Part shown: one piece after another, positions 49,959 through 58,143 of the stretch
How positions within the stretch are numbered: position 1 is the first letter of the stretch
Layout: every line of letters begins with the position of its first letter
Assembly: GCA_049968235.1 (NCBI GenBank)
Contig: JBMFRC010000019.1
Location: forward strand, 1-60,642
Direction: 5' to 3'
Source: Candidatus Hydrogenedens sp.
GTDB lineage: Bacteria > Hydrogenedentota > Hydrogenedentia > Hydrogenedentales > Hydrogenedentaceae
Length of the DNA: 60,642 bases
The notes under the pieces: model-generated
Seen by the model: only the letters and a program-made list of their open reading frames with translations
What the model was told of the DNA's origin: nothing
Database searches by the model: none
Translations under genes and position numbers: made by a program

Positions 49959-51470
49959 TTATAGTTCTGTATCTTTTGTATGTAAAAACCAATGAGTTAA
50001 TAATCGAATGCCGTAACCTGTTGGGTATTTGCTGTCCCAATAGGGAATGTGCTTAACACCCCAGGCAGTTCCAGCAATATCAATATGTGCCCATGGAGTA
50101 TCACCTTCAATAAATTGTTTTAAGAACACGCCACCCACAATGGTTGATGCCTCTGATTTCGGACCGATATTGGCTATGTCTGCAAAATCAGACTGTATAA
50201 GTTTATCATAATCCTCCCAGAGTGGAAGTTTCCAGAGACGTTCTCCTGTTATCTCTCCCGACTTTATCAGTTCCTCTGACAATCTGTCGTTATTACAAAG
50301 AAGCCCCGCAGAATAATGTCCCAATGCAATGATGCATCCACCCGTAAGTGTGGCAACATCTATAATTTGCCGTGGAGAATAATCCTTCTGGGCATACGAT
50401 ATTGCATCGGCTAAAATTAAGCGTCCTTCCGCATCCGTATTCAGAACCTCTACCATTTTTCCACTGTATGTTTTGATAATATCGCCTGGAAGCAAGGCAG
50501 ACCCTCCGGGCATATTTTCTACTAAAGGAATAATTCCAACAACAGGGACATCCGTTTTTAATTCTGCGAGGGCATAGATTGTCCCTAATACAACACCAGC
50601 ACCCGCCATATCATATCGCATATCTTGCATATCATCACGCGGTTTTAAGCAAATACCCCCTGTATCAAAAGTTACCCCTTTCCCTATAAGTGCTATAGGT
50701 TTTCCCGCAGTAGAAGTAAGGTTGTATTCCAGAACAAGAAGTAAAGGTTCATTCTTTGAACCTTTCCCCACTGCTAAAATGCTGTTTAGTCCTTTTTCTT
50801 CCAATGAATTTTTGTTAAGTATGTAAGTATTAATGGGTGTTTTCTGACAGAGGTCCTGTGCGAATTCTGCAAAGGATTGAGGGGTTAATTCGTTGGCAGG
50901 AGAACAAATTAAAGAACGTGCCATTTTGACTGTATCACAAATCATAATCGTGTTATAGCATTGAGTGCTCAGTAAAGATATATCATTATCGTTCGATACT
51001 ATATATGTGATATGGGTAATTTCTACGTTTTTTTCTTTTCGTGTCGGGTCTGAACTTTTATACTGTTCAAAAGTATATTGACATAGCATAACCCCTTCTA
51101 TAAATGGATTGATATACTCCGTGGAGACATTTAACCAGTAACAAACGAACTCTTTAATTTTATTTGCTTTGCTACATTCAATTATTTTTGCGGATATTCT
51201 GCGAATTTTTTCAGAATTTATTTTATCTTGAAGCCCCAGTCCTACAAGAATTGCTCCTGCAAAGGTTGCATTGATAAAGGGAACAAATAAAACTTCATTT
51301 TCCTTGCCATGAAATAAATCGCGGTCTATCATTGCTTGAACAGTTAGTTCTTGTTCTTCTGTAAGTAAAGAACATTCAACAGGAAGATTATTCTCATAAA
51401 TAGGGATGAGTAAAGCAGAATTCCAGTTCCAATCAATAGTAGATTGAGGATTAATAACAGAGACTTTCAT
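49959..51470 (-). CDS. pepA: Leucyl aminopeptidase (M17 family)
   Basis: M17 signature NTDAEGRL. Metal-binding region MRYDMAGAGVV. The likely start is the Met of MKVSVINP (about 51470); the ORF extends to 51545, overlapping miaB. Confidence 0.85.
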   Translation of the reverse strand: MKVSVINPQSTIDWNWNSALLIPIYENNLPVECSLLTEEQELTVQAMIDRDLFHGKENEVLFVPFINATFAGAILVGLGLQDKINSEKIRRISAKIIECSKANKIKEFVCYWLNVSTEYINPFIEGVMLCQYTFEQYKSSDPTRKEKNVEITHITYIVSNDNDISLLSTQCYNTIMICDTVKMARSLICSPANELTPQSFAEFAQDLCQKTPINTYILNKNSLEEKGLNSILAVGKGSKNEPLLLVLEYNLTSTAGKPIALIGKGVTFDTGGICLKPRDDMQDMRYDMAGAGVVLGTIYALAELKTDVPVVGIIPLVENMPGGSALLPGDIIKTYSGKMVEVLNTDAEGRLILADAISYAQKDYSPRQIIDVATLTGGCIIALGHYSAGLLCNNDRLSEELIKSGEITGERLWKLPLWEDYDKLIQSDFADIANIGPKSEASTIVGGVFLKQFIEGDTPWAHIDIAGTAWGVKHIPYWDSKYPTGYGIRLLTHWFLHTKDTEL

Positions 51471-51490
51471 GAGACATCTCTCCTCTTCGT

Positions 51491-52843
51491 TCAATGTGTT
51501 AATGGTGATTTTTTTATTGTTTTCATATATTCTGCTTCTAACCAATGACCCCGGAAACCTGTAACGCGTGCAGAAATGAGGTCTCCGATATTTAGATTAA
51601 CTCCCGAAACAGTAATAGAGCGGTAAGAGTTTGTTCTGCCATTCCAGAAATTTTCATTTTTCGGATGTTTTTCTTCGATGAGTACTTCCTGTTCCGTATG
51701 AATTAATTGTTCCATTGCCGATTGGTTTATTTTCTCTTGCAACTCAATTAACCGTGCTAACCGTTCCTCTTTCGTTTTTCGGGGAATGTTATCTCCTAAT
51801 TTTTCTGCATGTGTACCGGGTCGTGAAGAATATTTGAATGGATAAATTTGACTGAATTTAATCTGTTCCACGACTTTAAGTGTTTCCTGAAAATCCTCAT
51901 CGGTTTCTGTGGGAAATCCGACAATTAAATCAGTACTGATTTCGATATTAGGCACTTTTTCTCGCAGGTATATAATATTTCCAATGTATTGTTCTATGGT
52001 GTGCTTTCTCCGCATAAGTTTCAAAATTCGGTTTGACCCTGATTGTAGAGGCAAATGAATATGCCGTGCAATGTTTTCTCGTTCCGCAATTAAATCAGTC
52101 AATTCCTTAGTCCAATCGTATGGATGCGGTGAGGTAAATCGGATACGCCACAAATCCTTTATACGAGATACATCTCTTAATAAATGGACAAATGAATAAT
52201 TAGAATGAAATTTATAAGCATTTACATTCTGCCCCAATAACCATATTTCTCGAATCCCTTCGGCAACGGTGGATTGTACCTCTTTCAAGATATTCTCCGG
52301 TGTGCGATACACTTCGCGACCACGTGTTCTTGGGACGATGCAGAAACTGCACGCATTATTGCAACCTTTACTAATAACGATGTATGCCTTTACCCCTTCA
52401 CGATGTCCTTTCTCAAGCCATTCATTCGGAATAAAGTCAAACACAGGAGGTCTGGGATATGAGCGTTGTGTAATACAAATCCGTTCACCATTACGAACAC
52501 GCTTAATCAATTCCGGCAATTCAAAATAATGGTCAGGACCAATAACCAAATCTACAGCCGATTCGCGTTCCAGAATATTATCCCCTTCCTGCTGAGCAAC
52601 ACAACCACATACTGCAATAATCGTTTCAGGTCTCTTTTTCTTTATAGGACGAAGTGTTCCTAATAAACTATATACCTTATTTTCAGGATTCTCACGGACC
52701 GAACAGGTATTAATTAAAATAAGATGTGCCTTCTCCGGCGTATCCGTGGTAGAAAATCCTAACTGTTCAACTATAGATATAATACGAGCACTGTCATGCT
52801 CATTCATCTGACAACCAAATGTTCTTATATATACATGTTCCAT
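51491..52843 (-). CDS. miaB: tRNA-2-methylthio-N6-dimethylallyladenosine synthase MiaB
   Basis: N-terminus MEHVYIRTFGCQMNEHDS. Radical SAM CNNACSFC. C-terminal TRAM domain. 450 aa. Confidence 0.85.
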   Translation of the reverse strand: MEHVYIRTFGCQMNEHDSARIISIVEQLGFSTTDTPEKAHLILINTCSVRENPENKVYSLLGTLRPIKKKRPETIIAVCGCVAQQEGDNILERESAVDLVIGPDHYFELPELIKRVRNGERICITQRSYPRPPVFDFIPNEWLEKGHREGVKAYIVISKGCNNACSFCIVPRTRGREVYRTPENILKEVQSTVAEGIREIWLLGQNVNAYKFHSNYSFVHLLRDVSRIKDLWRIRFTSPHPYDWTKELTDLIAERENIARHIHLPLQSGSNRILKLMRRKHTIEQYIGNIIYLREKVPNIEISTDLIVGFPTETDEDFQETLKVVEQIKFSQIYPFKYSSRPGTHAEKLGDNIPRKTKEERLARLIELQEKINQSAMEQLIHTEQEVLIEEKHPKNENFWNGRTNSYRSITVSGVNLNIGDLISARVTGFRGHWLEAEYMKTIKKSPLTH

Positions 52844-52978
52844 TTTACTTCAACTTTGACTACTGCGATTATATTTATTTATGAAGAAATATTAGAAAAA
52901 GAAATTCAAAAACCAAAAATCTTTATTTATCCAAATATTATACAATTCATAAAAAGTGGGATAATACAAATTTGTTAT

Positions 52979-53944
52979 TTAGCCTGATTTCAGTTTTTTC
53001 TGTATATGTTCGGTTACTTTCAGGATTATGGTTTCAAGAGATGTTTGGGGTGTATAACCGATAGCCTGCTGTATCTTTTTCAGGCAGGGAACACGGTGTC
53101 GCATGTCCTCGTATCCTTCGGGATATGCTTCATCATAGGGAATAAGTTGGATGGTGGAGGAACTTTTTGTAAGTTCAATTACCTTGTGGGCAAGGTCAAT
53201 GATACGAACACTTTTATCATTGCCTAAATTGAATACTCTACCACATAAATCAGGTCGTTCTATAATCTGGACTAATGCAGGGACAATATCGCCAACATAA
53301 GCAAAAGAACGAGTTTGTTGTCCATCCCCGAATACACGAAGGGGGGCTCCTTTTAATGCTTGTGTTATAAAATTGGGTAAGACCATTCCATATTGTCCTG
53401 TCTGACGCGGTCCTACAATGTTGAATAGCCGAACGATATATACAGGATGTCGTTTTTCCTTCCAGTAAGCAAGAGCAAGAAATTCATCAATTGCCTTTGA
53501 CGCTGCATAACACCAGCGATGACGATGAGGTGGACCGATAATCTGGTCGTCCTCTTCTTCAAAGACTTCTTTCATGCTTTTCCCATATACTTCACTTGTT
53601 GATGTTATAAGTAAAGGACGGCGATAGCGACAGGTCTCTTCGAGAACCGTCTCTGTTCCACGAATATTGTTTACAATGGTCTGAATAGGATTATTAATTA
53701 CGAGATTAACTCCCACAGTTGCTGCCAAATGAAACACCATGTTCACATCTTTTACCAGATCACGAACTAAATTTTGATTTAATGTAGAATCAATTATGCA
53801 TTCAACTCCGGGAACATGTTCAATATTCTCAAATTTACCGGTGCTCAAATCATCCAGCACAATAACATTATCGCCTCGTTGAATGAGAAATTCGCATAAA
53901 TGTGAACCGATAAAACCTGCTCCACCTGTTATCAATACTCGCAT
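52979..53944 (-). CDS. NAD-dependent epimerase/dehydratase (SDR, UDP-sugar 4-epimerase/decarboxylase-like)
   Basis: N-terminus MRVLITGGAGFIGSHL (GxxGxxG Rossmann). 321 aa, extended SDR layout. Confidence 0.75.
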   Translation of the reverse strand: MRVLITGGAGFIGSHLCEFLIQRGDNVIVLDDLSTGKFENIEHVPGVECIIDSTLNQNLVRDLVKDVNMVFHLAATVGVNLVINNPIQTIVNNIRGTETVLEETCRYRRPLLITSTSEVYGKSMKEVFEEEDDQIIGPPHRHRWCYAASKAIDEFLALAYWKEKRHPVYIVRLFNIVGPRQTGQYGMVLPNFITQALKGAPLRVFGDGQQTRSFAYVGDIVPALVQIIERPDLCGRVFNLGNDKSVRIIDLAHKVIELTKSSSTIQLIPYDEAYPEGYEDMRHRVPCLKKIQQAIGYTPQTSLETIILKVTEHIQKKLKSG

Positions 53945-54183
53945 ATAAATTCCTTCCTTTCATAAAGCCGAAAGATAAATAATTATAAAGGATTATGCAT
54001 GCTTGATAAAAATGAGTGAATATGTTCCCCTTTGTGGCAGGTTTCATAAATGAATTTACAGAAGGAATAAATATCACTTTTTTGCAATTTTAATAAAAAA
54101 TTAACTTTCTATTTTGAGATTAAATTCAGCAGAAAAAACAGAGAGGATTTTATGTGAAAATTAATATTAGCATAAAAACATGC

Positions 54184-54212
54184 TTGACATATTACTATTA
54201 ATAATGTAAAAT
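54184..54212 (+). promoter_or_regulatory. Near-consensus sigma70-type promoter upstream of cspA
   Basis: TTGACA (54184-54189), then a 17-nt spacer, then TAAAAT (54207-54212). About 80 nt upstream of the csp start, consistent with the long 5' UTRs of cold-shock genes. Confidence 0.55.
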
Positions 54213-54294
54213 ATTAGTTAAAAAACTTCTCAAAGAAGTATAAGTATAGATAAAGGTTTAAAATGAAAACTTTAACTAAAGAAGGATTTCAGCA

Positions 54295-54534
54295 GTGGAC
54301 CAGGTAGTATCTACATCCTCCGGCATCCGGTATGTCGGAAAAGTAAAATGGTTTAATGACCGCAAGGGCTATGGTTTTATCATCAATGAATTAGGCGAGG
54401 ACATTTTTGTCCATCATACAGAAATCCGCATGAGAGGTTTTCGCACCCTTCGTGAAGGCGAGAAGATAACCTTTGAACTGGTGCAAGGACCAAAAGGGTT
54501 ACTTGCCAAAAATGTAAGCAGGGTGCGAATGTAA
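54295..54534 (+). CDS. cspA: Cold-shock protein (CspA family)
   Basis: GTG start with SD gaaggat. RNP1 KGYGFI and RNP2 VFVHH motifs. VKWFNDRKGYGF. 79 aa with a short N-terminal extension. Confidence 0.85.
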   Translation: MDQVVSTSSGIRYVGKVKWFNDRKGYGFIINELGEDIFVHHTEIRMRGFRTLREGEKITFELVQGPKGLLAKNVSRVRM

Positions 54535-54680
54535 AATAAGACCTGATTAAAATTACAAAACTTATAGGGGTATGAAAAGGCGGAGAGGTGTTTGTATTAT
54601 TTTGTAGAATTGAGTAATAATATTTTTCATACCGAAATTTGTTTTGGAATTTATAATCTAAATCAAGAAAGGAAAAGGAT

Positions 54681-55916
54681 ATGGGTATTTTCATTCTTAT
54701 GATAAGTTTGACCATGTTTGCACAAAGTTCAGATTGGGTCTCTCTTATTGAGAACAATACATTAGACGGATGGAAACCTTTAGGGGGAGAATGGACGATT
54801 CAGGACGGAATAATAAAAGGAAAATTAACAAAAACACCGGAAGAAAAAGATAAGCAAGTAAATATTTGGCTTCTTTATACGAGAAAAGAATTCGCTGACT
54901 TTGAGTTTGAGTGTGAATTTCGGACACAAAATCCTATCAATGGTGGCATTCAGTTTCGAACACAATGGCTACCTTTACTGCCGGTGCCTGAAAATGTTCC
55001 GCTCGAACAAGTCAAATATGATTGCTATGGTTATCAAGCGAATATTGAAACTCGTGAACGGTTTGGGACAGGCAGGATTATTGAAGAGAATGGCAGAGGT
55101 CTGTTAGCAGAACCTGCTCGCGAGGCAGTTATGACATTGAAACAGCGGGATTGGAATCGAATGAAGGTCGTCGCTATTGGACCTAAAATTGAGGTGTATC
55201 TCCATGACATTTTAGCAGGGACAATAGAAGATGATAACTACCTTAAAGGTTATATCCTTTTGCAGGTTCGTGCAGATGAAGTAATTCCAGAGACAGCAGA
55301 AATAGAGTATAGAAACATACGCATAAAAGATTTAGGTCGTAATGGAGATTGGCAGTGTCTTTTTAATGGGAAAGACCTTTCTGGCTGGCAAAATTATGGT
55401 TCGGAAGAATGGGTCGTTGAAGATGGTACTATTGTAGGGAAAAGTGGTCCTAAAAAATCAGAAGGCTATTTAGCAACAGAAAAACGTTGGAAGAACTTTC
55501 GTATTCGGGCTCAATTCAAAATGTTAGGTGAAGGAAATTATGGGCTATTTTATCATTCCAGTATTAAAATGCGTGAGGACGGTTATCCTCTTATTTCCGG
55601 TGTTCAAGTCGAGGTGGAGCCTGGCTATCCAACCAAAACAGGGTTCCTTTATGAAAGTTATAAACGAGGTTGGTTAACAGAACCGCATATTAAAACGCCC
55701 GGTGCATGGGCTCTTCGCAAGGGGGATTGGAATGAGATAGAAGTTAAAATGGAAGGCAATAGAATAATTTCGTGGTTAAACGGTGTTAAAGTAGTTGATT
55801 TTACAGATGCTTCTCCGAATTTACTTGAAGGTTTCTTTGCATTACAACTGCATACCGGTGGTGTTGCAGGTATCCAGTGGAGAGAACTATATGTGCAGGG
55901 AGAACCATTGCCATAA
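54681..55916 (+). CDS. Secreted protein with two tandem DUF1080 (3-keto-disaccharide hydrolase/lyase-like) domains
   Basis: Signal peptide MGIFILMISLTMFAQS. The first domain starts DWVSLIENNTLDGWKPLGGEWTIQDG and ends ...IEYRNIRIKDL. The second starts GDWQCLFNGKDLSGWQNYGSEEWVVEDG and ends ...GIQWRELYV. Both show the jelly-roll pattern of DUF1080. Confidence 0.75.
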   Translation: MGIFILMISLTMFAQSSDWVSLIENNTLDGWKPLGGEWTIQDGIIKGKLTKTPEEKDKQVNIWLLYTRKEFADFEFECEFRTQNPINGGIQFRTQWLPLLPVPENVPLEQVKYDCYGYQANIETRERFGTGRIIEENGRGLLAEPAREAVMTLKQRDWNRMKVVAIGPKIEVYLHDILAGTIEDDNYLKGYILLQVRADEVIPETAEIEYRNIRIKDLGRNGDWQCLFNGKDLSGWQNYGSEEWVVEDGTIVGKSGPKKSEGYLATEKRWKNFRIRAQFKMLGEGNYGLFYHSSIKMREDGYPLISGVQVEVEPGYPTKTGFLYESYKRGWLTEPHIKTPGAWALRKGDWNEIEVKMEGNRIISWLNGVKVVDFTDASPNLLEGFFALQLHTGGVAGIQWRELYVQGEPLP

Positions 55917-56017
55917 AATGAGAATAATTTAAATTTTTTTGTGATTTTTTTTATTCTATGGTGTATAATTTCATTACAAATAAAAAAATATCCAACCTTA
56001 AAAAAGGAGGGTGGAAA

Positions 56018-56626
56018 ATGAAAATGTATCACAAAAGTACTCGCAATCTATTTTTAATCCCGGTTGTTTGTCTTGTGATGTCCGGTTGCATAGGTGGATG
56101 TTTTGTTATTTCGGACATAAAATTTACAACACCCCTTATAAAAGGGGCAACCATTCCAGGTGGACCCGATGTGTATATTGACAAAGACATCGCTTTACCC
56201 AGGGTATGCGGACAATTCAATATGGAAAAAATTAAAGAACAGATAAAAACAGCCATACAAGCGTTGCCGATACCTCGAATAACTTCAAGAATATTGTTAA
56301 TGTTAATCAATAATGTTGAAATTAAAAATTTATGGATAGAAAAACTTACAATAACTGCAACTGAAGGTAATTTTTCAAAATTACAAAGTCTTGCCATAAA
56401 AGTAAAAATAGGAAATGGTGAGATTGACTTTGGACAGGGCAGTTTTAGTGATGACAAAACATCCATTGTGTTTGAAAAAGACCCGAAAGTAGATATTTAT
56501 CCGTATATAAAAAGTTTTTCGGATGGAGGTTGTGTAGAAGGGAATATCCATATCATTGGTTATAATAGTCAAACGGATATTAAGGTTGATGTTGTTGCTA
56601 ATGTTTCATTAAAAGTAGGCTTTTAG
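56018..56626 (+). CDS. Hypothetical lipoprotein (about 202 aa)
   Basis: Strong SD aaggaggg precedes the ATG at 56018; the ORF runs from 55958. Signal peptide and lipobox LVMSGC. No known motif. Confidence 0.45.
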   Translation: MKMYHKSTRNLFLIPVVCLVMSGCIGGCFVISDIKFTTPLIKGATIPGGPDVYIDKDIALPRVCGQFNMEKIKEQIKTAIQALPIPRITSRILLMLINNVEIKNLWIEKLTITATEGNFSKLQSLAIKVKIGNGEIDFGQGSFSDDKTSIVFEKDPKVDIYPYIKSFSDGGCVEGNIHIIGYNSQTDIKVDVVANVSLKVGF

Positions 56627-56685
56627 ATAATTTATTATAATTCTTTTTCCTTTACAATCATCAAAAAGTGTAGAAAGAGGTTTTT

Positions 56686-58011
56686 ATGTCTTTCGAACTA
56701 TTAAAATCGCAGGTTTTTGAACAGTTAAAGACTGTTATTGACCCAGACCTACATACAGATATTGTAACTGCGGGTTTTATCAAATCCGTATCGATTACAG
56801 AACAGGGTATTGTAGAATTAACAGTGGAACTTACCATTCCCACATGCCCATTACAGTCAAAATTTAAGGAGGAAATAGAACAAAAACTCCTCAGCATAAA
56901 AGAAATTAAAAAAGTAACTATACATTTTACATCACGAAAAAGAGCAGGAGTGCAAGTACCCCAACAAAACTCCCTGAACCAAATCCATTCCGTCATAGCC
57001 ATTTCTGCATGTAAAGGTGGTGTTGGAAAATCTACAATCGCTTCCTTTTTAGCCCGAGCTTTACAAAGAAATGGTTTTAAGGTTGGCCTTATGGACTTAG
57101 ACATATATGGTCCTTCATTACCTACACTTATGAACCAACCTCATGCAGATGTAGCAATTATTGATGAAAGAATTATTCCTGTTGAGGTAGATGGCCTTCT
57201 AACCATGTCATTAGGTTATATTCTGGGCGATGCTCCCGCAGTATTACGGGGTCCTTTGGTGTCAACATATACCTCTCAATTAATACATCAAACGGAATGG
57301 GGAACCCTCGATTTTCTAATCATTGATTTGCCCCCCGGAACAGGGGACATTCAGTTGACCCTTCTGCAACAGGTAGCGTTAGATGGAGCCATAATCATTA
57401 CTACTCCGCAAACATTGTCGCTGGTCGATGTTGCTCGTGGAATATTAATGTTTGAAAAATTGCATGTGCCTGTGCTGGGCATTATAGAAAACATGTCTTA
57501 TTTCGTTTGTGATAACTGCGGGAAAAAACATTTCATATTCGGAAACGGAACATCGAACTTGCAAAAACGATTTGGCTTGCCAATACTGGCAAATATTCCC
57601 ATCCTCCCCGATTTTCAGGATGCTTCCACTAAAAATGCTGGGAAAGAACACAATACGCTATGGGAACCTCTGATAGAACAGATACAAAGAGAAGTAGGGA
57701 AACGGAGAGTAGACACCTTATCCTCACCAGAAACACAGGTAAAAGGAAATAAATTAATCATAGATTGGAAAGACGGAACGTTTTCTGAAATTTCGTTGGA
57801 TGTCCTTCGTAGAGCATGTAGATGTGCCTATTGTGTAGATGAATTAACAGGTGAACCTCTGCTAAAACCAGAAGAAATACCCGAAGACATAAAAATAGAA
57901 CAAATTCAAACCTTAGGTCATTATGCGATAAGTATATTCTGGAGTGATGGACATACATCCAGTATATACCCATGGGATTTCCTGAAAAGTTTAGCCCCTC
58001 CTCATTCCTGA
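56686..58011 (+). CDS. apbC: Fe-S cluster carrier ATPase Mrp/ApbC (NBP35 family) with N-terminal DUF59-like and C-terminal DUF971 domain
   Basis: N-terminal MIP18/DUF59-like region (VIDPDLHTDIVTAGFIK). P-loop CKGGVGKST. CxxC pair (FVCDNCGK). C-terminal 90 aa with WKDGTFSEISLDVLRRACRCAYC...GHYAISIFWSDGHTSSIYPWDFL matches DUF971 (gamma-butyrobetaine hydroxylase-like N-terminal domain). Confidence 0.8.
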   Translation: MSFELLKSQVFEQLKTVIDPDLHTDIVTAGFIKSVSITEQGIVELTVELTIPTCPLQSKFKEEIEQKLLSIKEIKKVTIHFTSRKRAGVQVPQQNSLNQIHSVIAISACKGGVGKSTIASFLARALQRNGFKVGLMDLDIYGPSLPTLMNQPHADVAIIDERIIPVEVDGLLTMSLGYILGDAPAVLRGPLVSTYTSQLIHQTEWGTLDFLIIDLPPGTGDIQLTLLQQVALDGAIIITTPQTLSLVDVARGILMFEKLHVPVLGIIENMSYFVCDNCGKKHFIFGNGTSNLQKRFGLPILANIPILPDFQDASTKNAGKEHNTLWEPLIEQIQREVGKRRVDTLSSPETQVKGNKLIIDWKDGTFSEISLDVLRRACRCAYCVDELTGEPLLKPEEIPEDIKIEQIQTLGHYAISIFWSDGHTSSIYPWDFLKSLAPPHS

Positions 58012-58143
58012 TTATAGGCATCCTGCCCATTCTATATCGTAGATTAAATTTATTCGCAGAACTTCAAATTTACTCAAACTAAGTTAATTCATTATTATAA
58101 GAATCAGAAATTCATTAAAATGCAAATCCATGAAGGATGAACT

